Below are positions 22,299 to 31,829 of a stretch of DNA of 32,000 nucleotides, piece by piece. Origin of the DNA: Nitrosococcus oceani ATCC 19707 (GTDB taxonomy: Bacteria > Pseudomonadota > Gammaproteobacteria > Nitrosococcales > Nitrosococcaceae); contig NC_007484.1 in the NCBI RefSeq assembly GCF_000012805.1, positions 1,650,001-1,682,000 on the forward strand, in the 5' to 3' direction. Position 1 is the stretch's first letter. Each line of letters begins with the position of its first letter. The position numbers and the translations under genes were made by a program. Under the pieces are notes generated by a model. It saw only the letters and a list, made by a program, of their open reading frames with translations, was not told the origin of the DNA and did not search any database.

Positions 22299-23813
22299 AT
22301 GCCGATGCGCTTAGTACCGTTAGTATTAAAAGAAAGAATAATAGAACCAGAAGGAGAAAGGCCAAAAAATGGCAACTTTACTCCAGCGGTATATGAGGTA
22401 CTTTCATGCGAAAACAAGACACGGCCCTATCTAACGGGCGCCGTACTGCTAGCTGTGGACGTAGGCGCCGTGGGGGTGGCCTTTGCGGCCGCCGTGGCCC
22501 TGCGCTACAGCTTCGGGTCTGGTTTGAATTTCTCCACTTATTGGGAATTGTCGCCGCTTCTGCTGCTATTTTCGATCTTCTATGCTGGCGCCAAGCTCTA
22601 TTCCGGCACAATGTTTCCCCCGCCAGAAGAACTGCGGCGGCTCACCTATGCAACCAGCGCGGTGTTTCTGACGCTGGCTGTCTTCGCACTGCTGACCCAA
22701 ACCGGTATGCGGTACTCCCGGGGGGTATTTTTTCTGGCCTGGGGCTTGGCGCTGGTCGCGGTGCCGCTGGCCCGGGCGGCGATACGTGCCCTTTATGTCA
22801 GCCGTCCCTGGTGGGGTAGAGGGGTGTTGATTCTAGGGGCGGGATATACCTGCGCGCACCTGGTCCGCACGCTCCAGGAGAACCCTCAACTGGGATTGAA
22901 ACCCATAGCTCTGCTCGACGACGATCCGGTGAAACAGAAGCGTGAGCTGCATGGGGTTCCGGTCGTCGGTGCCTGCGCCTTGGCGCCGAAGCTTGCCCGA
23001 CGTCTACGCCTCAGCTACGCGGCTGTGGCCATGCCCGGTGTGTCACGCGCCCGGCTTGTAGAATTACTGGGACAGCACGGCTGGCCGTTCCGGCGCACGC
23101 TATTAATTCCCGACCTATTCGGCTTTTCCTCCCTGTGGGTTACCTCCCGTGACCTGGGCGGAATTCTGGGCCTGGAGCTGCGCGAACAGCTCCTGCTGCC
23201 AATCCCCATGCTGGTCAAACGGACCTTGGACTTGGTTCTCGCCCTGGTGGGTGGGCTGTTCATCCTGCCGCTCCTTGGGTTGATCGCTCTTGCCATCAAG
23301 CTAGATTCCAGGGGACCGGTGTTCTACCGCTCGGAGCGCATGGGCCGTGATGGCCACCGCTTCGTGGCACTCAAATTTCGTTCCATGCGCGGTGATGGTG
23401 AAGCGCTGTTGCGGGAATTATTACAGCGTGATCCGGAAAAGCGGAAAGAATACGAGCAGTATCACAAGCTCACCAGCGACCCCCGCGTAACGCCAGTGGG
23501 ACGCCTGCTCCGCGCCTGGAGCCTCGATGAACTCCCTCAGCTTTGGAATGTATTGAAGGGCGATATGAGCCTTGTTGGCCCGCGCGCCTATTTGGAGCGC
23601 GAGCGGCCAGACATGGGAGAAAAATCGAATCTCATCTTGAAGGTGAGACCCGGTATCACGGGCCTGTGGCAAGTCAGCGGCCGCAACGAGCGCACCTTCG
23701 GCGAGCGGGTGGATATGGACGTCTACTACGCCCGCAACTGGTCCGTTTGGCTCGACTTTTGGATTCTTGCCCGGACAGCCACGGCGGTTTTGCAGGGGAA
23801 GGGGGCGTACTGA
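22299..23813 (+). CDS. Polyprenyl-phosphate glycosylphosphotransferase (WbaP/EpsB-like priming sugar transferase)
   Basis: 504 aa. N-terminal TM helices followed by a Rossmann-like linker. C-terminal bacterial sugar transferase domain (...KFRSM...DELPQLWNVLKGDMSLVGPR...RPGITGLWQVSGRN...). The second ATG at 22305 has better RBS spacing. Confidence 0.9.
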   Translation: MPMRLVPLVLKERIIEPEGERPKNGNFTPAVYEVLSCENKTRPYLTGAVLLAVDVGAVGVAFAAAVALRYSFGSGLNFSTYWELSPLLLLFSIFYAGAKLYSGTMFPPPEELRRLTYATSAVFLTLAVFALLTQTGMRYSRGVFFLAWGLALVAVPLARAAIRALYVSRPWWGRGVLILGAGYTCAHLVRTLQENPQLGLKPIALLDDDPVKQKRELHGVPVVGACALAPKLARRLRLSYAAVAMPGVSRARLVELLGQHGWPFRRTLLIPDLFGFSSLWVTSRDLGGILGLELREQLLLPIPMLVKRTLDLVLALVGGLFILPLLGLIALAIKLDSRGPVFYRSERMGRDGHRFVALKFRSMRGDGEALLRELLQRDPEKRKEYEQYHKLTSDPRVTPVGRLLRAWSLDELPQLWNVLKGDMSLVGPRAYLERERPDMGEKSNLILKVRPGITGLWQVSGRNERTFGERVDMDVYYARNWSVWLDFWILARTATAVLQGKGAY

Positions 23814-23928
23814 GAGGATAAGCTGCAATAATTTCATTCAAAGAAATACATCGTCACCTAATGCATTTTTTTTATTAAAAAAACCTGCCTTTAAAACTTA
23901 AAACTTTTTGCTTAGGGGAAAATAATCC

Positions 23929-25149
23929 ATGAAAATTCTCATTCTTGGGGGGGACGGCTTTTGCGGTTGGCCCACTAGCCTGCATCTTTCCGCGCTTGGT
24001 CATGAGGTTGCCATCGTGGACAACTTGTCGCGCCGGTGTATCGATGTTGAGCTTGAGTGCGAATCCTTGACGCCGATCCGGCCCCTGGGCGAACGGTTGC
24101 GTGCTTGGAAAGAAATTTCCGGTAAGACCATCGCCTTCCACAACTTTGACGTGGCCGTGAACTATCAGCGCCTGCTGGATCTGCTCAGGGAATGGCAACC
24201 CCACGCCATTGTGCATTTTGCCGAGCAGCGAGCGGCGCCCTACTCGATGAAGAGCAGCCATCACAAACGCTACACCGTCAGCAACAACCTCAATGCCACC
24301 AACAACGTGCTTGCCGCCGTGGTTGAAAGTGGGCAGGACATCCACATTGCCCACTTGGGCACCATGGGCGTCTATGGTTATGGCACGGCCGGCATGAAAA
24401 TCCCGGAAGGTTACCTCCAGGTGAAAGTGGAAACCGACGAAGGCAAGCTGCTGGACAACGAAATTCTTTACCCGGCCAATCCTGGCAGCATCTATCATAT
24501 GACCAAAACCCAGGACCAGCTTCTGTTCTTCTTCTATAACAAGAACGACAAGGTCCGTATCACCGATCTCCACCAGGGCATCGTCTGGGGCACGCAAACC
24601 CAGGAAACCAGGCTGGATGAGCGCCTGATCAACCGTTTCGATTATGACGGCGATTATGGCACTGTTCTGAATCGTTTTTTAATGCAGGCGTCTATTGGTT
24701 ACCCTCTTACGGTGCATGGAACGGGCGGCCAGACCCGCGCCTTTATCCATATTCAGGATACCGTGCAGTGCATTCAGATCGCCTTGGAAAATCCCCCCGC
24801 TCCGGGTGACCGGGTGCAGATATTTAATCAGATGACCGAGACCCATCGTGTGCGTGATCTGGCCCAGATGCTCTCCGAGCGTACCGGCGTCAAGATTGAC
24901 TATCTGTCCAACCCCCGTAACGAAGCGGACGAAAACGACTTGCATGTCAAAAACGACCGCTTTCTCGCATTGGGTCTGGACCCGATCACGCTGAACGAAG
25001 GGCTCATGGAGGAGGTGACGGATATTGCCCGAAAATATGCTCACCGGTGCGACCAGAGCAAGATTCCTTGTACCTCGCTCTGGAAGCGGCCTAAGGAGAA
25101 AGCAAGTGAGTTGGTGCAGTTGCGGCATGTAGCCGGTAATCAGATGTAG
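23929..25149 (+). CDS. sqdB: UDP-sulfoquinovose synthase (SQD1/SqdB family)
   Basis: Collinear with remembered SQD1 motifs: ILGGDGFCGWPT, VDNLSRR, ESLTPI, VHFAEQRAAPYSM, HLGTMGVYG, TGGQTRAFIHIQDTVQCIQIALENP. Confidence 0.9.
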   Translation: MKILILGGDGFCGWPTSLHLSALGHEVAIVDNLSRRCIDVELECESLTPIRPLGERLRAWKEISGKTIAFHNFDVAVNYQRLLDLLREWQPHAIVHFAEQRAAPYSMKSSHHKRYTVSNNLNATNNVLAAVVESGQDIHIAHLGTMGVYGYGTAGMKIPEGYLQVKVETDEGKLLDNEILYPANPGSIYHMTKTQDQLLFFFYNKNDKVRITDLHQGIVWGTQTQETRLDERLINRFDYDGDYGTVLNRFLMQASIGYPLTVHGTGGQTRAFIHIQDTVQCIQIALENPPAPGDRVQIFNQMTETHRVRDLAQMLSERTGVKIDYLSNPRNEADENDLHVKNDRFLALGLDPITLNEGLMEEVTDIARKYAHRCDQSKIPCTSLWKRPKEKASELVQLRHVAGNQM

Positions 25150-25162
25150 AAAATTTCACTGA

Positions 25163-25906
25163 ATGAACATACATGAAAGATTTTTTCCAGAGGTTGGTGC
25201 TGGCGGTTTCAGCCGGGTGGATGGCACCATAGCATTCTACACGCGGATAAATGCTTTACTGCGCCCCGATATGACCGTGCTTGATTTTGGGGCGGGCCGT
25301 GGCCAAGGTCCTGTGGATGATCCCGTGCCCTACCGCAGGGAACTGCGCACCCTGAAGGGGAAATGTCGCAAAGTAATAGGCGCTGATGTGGATGAAGCGA
25401 TAAAAGAAAACCCTGCTATCGATGAAGGGCATGTGATAGCAATGGGCGCTCCATTACCGTTTAATGATCACTCCTTTGACTTGATTGTGAGCGATCATAC
25501 CTTTGAGCACCTCAGCGATCCAGCATCGGTGGCAGCGGAATTCGACCGGGTGCTTAAACCGGGCGGGTGGATCTGCGCCCGTACCCCCAACCGATGGGGG
25601 TATATTGGTTTGGGAGCCAACTTAGTACCCAACCGTTGGCATGTGGCTTTTTTACGCCGCTTGCAGCCCCATCGCCAGGAAATTGATGTCTTTCCCACGG
25701 TCTACCGGATGAATACCCAACGCGCGCTCAAACGTTATTTCCCTCTTGATGACTACGAGCACTGTCATTATGGTCAGTTTGCGGAGCCCGCATACTTTGG
25801 AAACTCGCGCCTGATGTGGGCGTTAATGCTCATAATATTTCGCTTCATGCCGGAGATTTTGGCCCCGACGTGGATGATTTTTTTGAAAAAAAAGCAGCCT
25901 TTTTAG
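25163..25906 (+). CDS. Class I SAM-dependent methyltransferase
   Basis: Motif I VLDFGAGRGQG and post-I/II segments ...FDLIVSDHTFEHL...VLKPGGWI. Confidence 0.8.
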   Translation: MNIHERFFPEVGAGGFSRVDGTIAFYTRINALLRPDMTVLDFGAGRGQGPVDDPVPYRRELRTLKGKCRKVIGADVDEAIKENPAIDEGHVIAMGAPLPFNDHSFDLIVSDHTFEHLSDPASVAAEFDRVLKPGGWICARTPNRWGYIGLGANLVPNRWHVAFLRRLQPHRQEIDVFPTVYRMNTQRALKRYFPLDDYEHCHYGQFAEPAYFGNSRLMWALMLIIFRFMPEILAPTWMIFLKKKQPF

Positions 25907-25978
25907 ATGGCTACCCGGAACCCTAGTTTCAACCTGCTTCGTGAGGAATGTCGCGCTAGGTATAATTGGGTAGCTACC

Positions 25979-27751
25979 ATGCGGGTACCCTCCCTAGGTA
26001 GTTTAAATCTGGTTACAGCCTTGGTATTGATAGGCGCGTTAGTATTTCTAAGCGCCTGCGCGGAACGTGGACAGCTAGCCCAGGCTCCAGGCAATACGCC
26101 GTTCTGGTTTGAGCCTCGGGCTAATCAGCAGCTTGACGAACAAGTTGCAAAGCTTTTAGCCAAGGAGGCGGCTGTTGTCGTATTGCGCGCGTCCTTGCAA
26201 GGCCCCATCGATCACTACGATTTGCCGGTGCTAGTCAATCGTCTGCGCCAAGCTGAATCATCGCTGCCTGTCCTCCTGTATACCTGGAATAGCCGTTATC
26301 TAGCGAAGGGTAATCGCAGCGGTAAAGAAATCATGAGATGGCTAGCCCAGGAATCCACCCTCCAAATGACCTCTCTTAAGGGTACTCCCATGCCTTCCTT
26401 TGGGGATGTCATGAATCCTGATTACCGGAGGCGCACCGTGGAGGCCATTGTTAAGGCTCTGGAGCAGAGTGGCGTGGATGGCATAGCCGTAGACCTGGCA
26501 GTTCGTACCCCGCGTTTCCGGCCAAAGCCGCTTGCTGAGCGGTGTGCCGCGCACCCGGAGTTCTGCGAGCAATACGCCCAGGGAATGGATACGCTTTTTG
26601 CCAGTCTTGACACAGCATTGGGGGAACGCCCGCTACTTTATAATGGCTTGTGGAATTTTGGCGAGGGAATGATCGATGATCAAATTGAATTACTGAAGCA
26701 TGCGGATGCCGCAATCGTGGAGTACTTTGGCATGAACCCACGGGAGAAAGCGCACTCCTTCAGTCAAGATATTTTACCTTACCTTGAAGTAATGCAGCAT
26801 TTAAAAGCAGAAAAGCAACTCTTCGTCTTTGGCCGGGGTCCGTGGACCTACACGAATTACCAGGAAGATTACCTCTGGCAGCGCTACCTCTACTGCGCTT
26901 TTCTTCTCGCTAAACAAAAAAATACCCTGTTTAAATACCATGCGAGCTTTCAGGTTCCAGCTCATGCAGGCCGATCAGGCGGCCTAGACGTTTACGCGGA
27001 TTGGCGGCTGGACCTTGGCGAGCCGGAAGGAGCGTACCAGCTTAAAAAGGGTTTATATATTCGCAAGTTTGAAAAGGGCATGGTAGTGGTTGCCCCCGAT
27101 GACGGTGAAGGGGGAACATTGACTCTAGATGCTTCTTTTTACACCCCTGAGGGCAAGCGGGTTCAGAGAGCGATTAATTTAAGTCCAGGGGAAGGCCAAC
27201 TCTTATTCAAGCAACGTTTGAATCGAAAATCCGCAAGCCATGTGATTGATGTGCAGTCTGCTGACTCGCCATTAAGTCACTGGCAAGGTGCCCAGCTAAT
27301 CCAGGATGGGGAGAGGGTCCCCTATGTACGGCTATCCAAGGTTAAGAAGACACTGGAAGGAGAACATGATTTGTTGCTGAATCCGGTCCGTTCCCTCCAC
27401 ATGCCCGCCACTGTGAACTTAAAAATCCGGCTTCGGGAGCCCGGCGCGCGCGTGTTACTGATTGCCGAGGTGGATGATCCAAAGCGCCGCACTCCGTGGG
27501 TTGTTATTGAATTAGCCCCGCCGAAGAAAGTACGCTTGAAGGAGAAAGGGAATCCGGTGTTGTTCCGCACGCCTACTTCAGAAAATGCGCGCTTTTGGCC
27601 TTACCTTCCGGGTCCCCCGTTAACTCCTGGGCAGTGGCAGGAGCTGAAAATTGAAGGAAATAAATTATCGTCACGATTTCGATTCCAACGTTGGAGTCAT
27701 ATTCGTTTTGTCGGCGCCGTCGATGTAATGTCGGTGTCCGTGTCAAATTAA
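25979..27751 (+). CDS. Large lipoprotein of unknown function in the EPS locus (possibly a TIM-barrel glycan hydrolase-like protein)
   Basis: The track ORF starts at 25907. The internal start MRVPSLGSLNLVTALVLIGALVFLSAC gives a signal peptide plus lipobox. No motif was recognised with confidence. Confidence 0.6.
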   Translation: MRVPSLGSLNLVTALVLIGALVFLSACAERGQLAQAPGNTPFWFEPRANQQLDEQVAKLLAKEAAVVVLRASLQGPIDHYDLPVLVNRLRQAESSLPVLLYTWNSRYLAKGNRSGKEIMRWLAQESTLQMTSLKGTPMPSFGDVMNPDYRRRTVEAIVKALEQSGVDGIAVDLAVRTPRFRPKPLAERCAAHPEFCEQYAQGMDTLFASLDTALGERPLLYNGLWNFGEGMIDDQIELLKHADAAIVEYFGMNPREKAHSFSQDILPYLEVMQHLKAEKQLFVFGRGPWTYTNYQEDYLWQRYLYCAFLLAKQKNTLFKYHASFQVPAHAGRSGGLDVYADWRLDLGEPEGAYQLKKGLYIRKFEKGMVVVAPDDGEGGTLTLDASFYTPEGKRVQRAINLSPGEGQLLFKQRLNRKSASHVIDVQSADSPLSHWQGAQLIQDGERVPYVRLSKVKKTLEGEHDLLLNPVRSLHMPATVNLKIRLREPGARVLLIAEVDDPKRRTPWVVIELAPPKKVRLKEKGNPVLFRTPTSENARFWPYLPGPPLTPGQWQELKIEGNKLSSRFRFQRWSHIRFVGAVDVMSVSVSN

Positions 27752-27790
27752 AATTTAGAACTAAATGCTGGATTCTGCACTTTTGGGGCT

Positions 27791-28093
27791 ATGAATTACC
27801 ATGCTCAATACCGCCGGCTGCGCTATGAATTGCGTTGTGCCATCTCACTTACGCCAGCTTTATATTTACCGCTGGCCAGGCGCAAGCGTACAGATGCTGA
27901 TGGCGCCACGGTAGTGGCACCGAATACTGATCTGGTGCTCGAAGGCTTTCCGCGGAGCGGCAATACTTTCGCCTATTTTGCATTCCAGATGAGTCAGCCT
28001 AGGCCCTTGAAATATATGTGCGCTATACCAGTTGGGCGGGCGCCATTTGTGCCGTGCAATTGGGTATTGATGGTTAAAGCCACACATGGTTGA
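27791..28093 (+). pseudogene. Probable remnant of a sulfotransferase-like gene (N-terminal about 70 aa recognisable, then frame decay and truncation)
   Basis: LVLEGFPRSGNTFAYFAFQMSQPRP resembles the 5'-PSB loop region of sulfotransferase-family proteins. The ORF is only 100 aa and its stop overlaps the flippase start (ATGGTTGA). After about 28010 an alternative frame (EIYVRYTSWAGAICAVQLGI) looks more protein-like. Confidence 0.35.
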
Positions 28094-29351
28094 GGTTGTT
28101 GCTCGCGCCGTAACACTACGGCATCGCCTATTACCTGCATTGCTTGCGGCAGGGGGAGTACTCCCTGCTGGGTTAGCACTGAACTATGCCTTGAACGTGG
28201 TGCTGGCGCGAGTACTGCCGATTGAGGGCTATGGCCTGTTTGCCTATGCGCAATCGCTGGCCAGCGTGCTCGCCCTGGCGGCGGCGCTGGGTTTTTCCTC
28301 CAGCATGATGCGCTTAGTGGCTGCCTATCGAGCGCAAGGGCGGGATGCTTTGCTGCTTGGTGCAGTCAAGGGCAGTTTCGCATTGGTTTGCCTTGCAGGG
28401 GTAGCGATTGCATTAGTTCTGCTTGCAATTGCCTGGCTGGCGCCGGCTCATCGAAGCGGACTGCTCTGGACGTCTTTGCTATTGTTGCCTTTGACTATCG
28501 ACGTTTGGCGGGAGAGCACCATGCGCGGTTTGCATCGCACGGTTGCGGCCATTCTTCCCAGGCAGGTTTTCTTGCCTTTGCTGACCCTGCTCGTTGTGTT
28601 AGCCCTGGGCCTGGAAGATACCGGTCTTATCCTAGCAACCTTCGCGGGGATACTGGTTGCATTGGAACTAGTCGGGCTGTTGCAGCTACGCAAAGCGCTC
28701 GGCTTTCTGAGCACGGTGCAGCCACGCTGGGCGATGCGCCAGTGGCTGCGTGTCTCCCTGCCAATGGGCTTAGCCGCATTAGCTAATTTGGGTATCAACC
28801 GTTGGGATGTGGTGGTGCTGGGTTTTATCGCAGGGCTGGATGTCGCTGGCCCCTATGCGGCGGCGGCCCGCACCGCCTTGCTGGCGAGCTTGGTGCTCCG
28901 CGTCGTCAACCTTGTGGTGGGTCCAATGCTCGCCGAGTTGTATCATAGGGGTGACCATCACCACTTCCGGCGCCTTCTGCTCCTGGGGGCAGGGGGGGCT
29001 ACGGTGCTTGGCTTGCCTCTTTATCTCGCTGCGCTCCTGTACCCAGAGCAGATCTTGAGTTTGTTCGGTCCGGGATACCAAGACGCCGCGCTGTTATTGC
29101 AGATTCTCGCTACGGCGCAGTTCGTGAATTTGGCGACAGGGCCGGTGGGTCTTGCTCTTACCATGGCCCGACATGAAATGAGCAATTTACGCGTGACTAT
29201 GCTTGCCGGCGTGGTATCCCTGATAGCCCTGCTGGTATTGGTGCCGTGGCAGGGAGCGGTTGGCGCGGCGGTGGCTACCGCGAGCGCGACGGTACTGCTT
29301 AACGTGGCAGCCGCTATCGTTGCTTGGCGGCATTTTAGGATCAGGCCATAG
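28086..29351 (+). CDS. wzx: Polysaccharide flippase (Wzx/MOP superfamily)
   Basis: 421 aa with about 12 TM helices. N-terminal ...VLARVLPIEGYGLFAYAQSLASVLALAAALGF, typical of polysaccharide biosynthesis (PST) transporters. Confidence 0.82.
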   Translation: MVEVVARAVTLRHRLLPALLAAGGVLPAGLALNYALNVVLARVLPIEGYGLFAYAQSLASVLALAAALGFSSSMMRLVAAYRAQGRDALLLGAVKGSFALVCLAGVAIALVLLAIAWLAPAHRSGLLWTSLLLLPLTIDVWRESTMRGLHRTVAAILPRQVFLPLLTLLVVLALGLEDTGLILATFAGILVALELVGLLQLRKALGFLSTVQPRWAMRQWLRVSLPMGLAALANLGINRWDVVVLGFIAGLDVAGPYAAAARTALLASLVLRVVNLVVGPMLAELYHRGDHHHFRRLLLLGAGGATVLGLPLYLAALLYPEQILSLFGPGYQDAALLLQILATAQFVNLATGPVGLALTMARHEMSNLRVTMLAGVVSLIALLVLVPWQGAVGAAVATASATVLLNVAAAIVAWRHFRIRP

Positions 29352-29360
29352 GAGTCTCAG

Positions 29361-30395
29361 ATGCGCTTTGCTTTCTTATTCTACGCCTCTCGTTCCGGTT
29401 CCACATTGCTTGCGCGTCTGATCTCGGAGCAGATCACAAATATTGTTGTGCTCCCAGAGTTTCGCGCCCCGGAGTGGTTATTAAGTCAAGGGGAAGCCAA
29501 GTTGCGTCGCATGTCATCCGCAGCCTTGTTCTCATTGATTAAGCTAGATCACCAGCGAGCAAATCTCGGACTTGCGGACAATGACTATCTTGGCATTTGC
29601 CAGGACATGGCCGGCGCCAATGCGCGGGTGATATTAGAAGCGATAAGCAGGGCCTATCTGGCGCGCCGTGGCCAGTCCTCTGATCCTGATGCTGTGTTAA
29701 TTAAGCTCGGATCGCTTATTAGCTTAATGCCTTCTATCCGCAAGACTTTCCCGAGCGCTATCTTCATTCATATTAAAAGAGATCCACGAGGTGTAGTCAA
29801 TTCGCAGATCAGGAGTGAGCGTCCCTATTTTCCAGGCGAAAAAATGGGGCGTGGTGACGCGTGGTTTGCAGCAAAATCATGGCATGACTATCAGCAAACA
29901 GTGGAACGTTATCGATCGTTGGGCATTCCTATTCACGATGTCTGTTACGAACGTTTAGTGATGGCGACCGATCAGGAATTAATGACCGTCGTATGCTCGC
30001 TCGGTTTATCGTCTCTTATGAAACAACCGTCCAATGGAATTGGATTGGAAGTAATAGGTCCAGAGTCATCCATTCATGAACTTGTACAGAAACCGCCCGT
30101 GGATAGGCGTGTCAGTGCATGGCGCGAAGAACTTCCGGCTATCAATGGGTGCGTCATCGAATATTTGACCCGACGATCCTTAATACAAGCGGGATACGAA
30201 CTTTATTTCACTCCCAAATTGCGATCTCACCAGGTTATAGCGGCCCTTGTTGTCGCGTATCCGATTCATGTATGGAAGATGCAACTATATTATCTAAGAC
30301 GGGTGCTGTATTACGCATGGCGTTGGCGGCGCCTGTTGGCAAGGATTCAATTGATGGTCCGCCGCTTGGTTGAGCGGGCGGAAACCGTTCGGTAG
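29361..30395 (+). CDS. Sulfotransferase family protein (Stf0-like)
   Basis: AGGAG RBS. 5'-PSB loop FYASRSGSTLLARL. 3'-PB-like IHIKRDPRGVVNSQ. Confidence 0.8.
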   Translation: MRFAFLFYASRSGSTLLARLISEQITNIVVLPEFRAPEWLLSQGEAKLRRMSSAALFSLIKLDHQRANLGLADNDYLGICQDMAGANARVILEAISRAYLARRGQSSDPDAVLIKLGSLISLMPSIRKTFPSAIFIHIKRDPRGVVNSQIRSERPYFPGEKMGRGDAWFAAKSWHDYQQTVERYRSLGIPIHDVCYERLVMATDQELMTVVCSLGLSSLMKQPSNGIGLEVIGPESSIHELVQKPPVDRRVSAWREELPAINGCVIEYLTRRSLIQAGYELYFTPKLRSHQVIAALVVAYPIHVWKMQLYYLRRVLYYAWRWRRLLARIQLMVRRLVERAETVR

Positions 30396-30404
30396 GGGTT
30401 GAGT

Positions 30405-31829
30405 ATGCCAGCACTATCTACACGCACAAATCTGCATGCCGGCATCTCCCTGAGAACTTTGTGGAGTGTATCGGTTTTTGTAGCAATCATTGTTCTTGTA
30501 TCGGTCGTCGGTACGACAACTTCATCGGGGCATTTTTTTCTGTGGACGGGTTATATGGTAACCCTGGCTGCAATCATGACGGCTTGGCGCCGGGGTGGTA
30601 TTTACTCACCTTATTATTGGTTTGTCCTGGCTGCCGCCTACCCTCTCCTTTCGCCATTTCTTATACAAGATCTATTGGGTTTTCCCTATTTTTCTTATTT
30701 TGCCAGAGATATGCAGGATGCACAGGCATTAGGTGTGCCTATATTGGTCGGCGCGTTGGCTTCCTTGTTTCTGGCCCTTACCGTTCGCGAAACGGGGCAT
30801 GGCAGTAGATTGGCAATAGAAGCCAACAAAGGGCGTCCAAGAATAGGGAAAAAATCAGCTTTTCTGTTGATTGTGCTATCCGCGCCATTAATTTTGTTTT
30901 TTGCTTGGCTTGCTGAGCCTGGCCAAATTGTTGGCCTGGCGGACTATCAGACATTGCGGGAGCAGCGTATTGGTGGCGCGCGATTTGCCGGCGGCGCGTG
31001 GCTTCTTTTCGAGATTGTGGCGTTGTCGGGGTACCTCAGACTCAGAAATGAAAAGGGTGCATCCAAACGTCTAGGCAGTTATATGTTTTGGACGACTACG
31101 TTGTTCTCGTTCATCTGGCTTTTTCTTCATGCGCGGAGGAGTGAGACACTGGGTTTTGCTATTTTGCTATTTTGCATGCTTAGACCACAGCTGCAGTATG
31201 CAAGCAGCCGCTGGCCGCAGTGGCTCAATCAGCGTGTCGTGATACTTCTGCTCATACTGGTAGGGTTTAGCTTGATCGGCTATTTTCGCGGGACGTTGGA
31301 TTGGTCTTCATTAAATCGGCCTGATTATGTCCAGGCTCCAGGCGGTTCCGGGAATAATCTATTAACGTATATTGCGGCCTATCATTTAAAAGCAAAGGAA
31401 TGGTTGAACATCTACCCTGGCGAAACCTACTGGTACTATATGGTGAATCTTCCTCCGGAGATGCTGGGTTTCTCACGAGCGCCAACCGCTTACGATTTAG
31501 TGGAAGAGCAGGTTAATCTCATGGGCGGCCAGTACTGGTTGATGGAGCCGGTAATGAATGCGGGTGGCATTGGAATTGCCGTATTTGCTGGAATGCTTGC
31601 ATGGTTGTTAAGTTGGAGTATCCGTGGATTATTGTTGTTTCAGTCGGGCAGATGTCGGCCACATAGATTTTTGCAATCCGCCATGTTTATTGCGCTGATA
31701 TTTCGTACCATGTGGTACGGCCCGGACGCAGCAATAAATGGCTTCATAATGGCATTGGTGGTGGGGATGGCGTTGAATTGGGCTTTTATCGCTGGGCAAC
31801 CGAAATACAGGGGGGTTCATGGGAAATAA
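30405..31829 (+). CDS. wzy: Oligosaccharide repeat-unit polymerase (Wzy-like) membrane protein
   Basis: About 474-aa polytopic membrane ORF with no soluble domain, in the position typical of wzy. The track start TTG 30399 is replaced here by ATG 30405. Confidence 0.6.
   Translation: MPALSTRTNLHAGISLRTLWSVSVFVAIIVLVSVVGTTTSSGHFFLWTGYMVTLAAIMTAWRRGGIYSPYYWFVLAAAYPLLSPFLIQDLLGFPYFSYFARDMQDAQALGVPILVGALASLFLALTVRETGHGSRLAIEANKGRPRIGKKSAFLLIVLSAPLILFFAWLAEPGQIVGLADYQTLREQRIGGARFAGGAWLLFEIVALSGYLRLRNEKGASKRLGSYMFWTTTLFSFIWLFLHARRSETLGFAILLFCMLRPQLQYASSRWPQWLNQRVVILLLILVGFSLIGYFRGTLDWSSLNRPDYVQAPGGSGNNLLTYIAAYHLKAKEWLNIYPGETYWYYMVNLPPEMLGFSRAPTAYDLVEEQVNLMGGQYWLMEPVMNAGGIGIAVFAGMLAWLLSWSIRGLLLFQSGRCRPHRFLQSAMFIALIFRTMWYGPDAAINGFIMALVVGMALNWAFIAGQPKYRGVHGK

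Noticed and set aside
23875-24597. 240-aa ORF on the minus strand.
   Set aside because: It is antisense to the strongly supported sqdB CDS. It is a shadow ORF.
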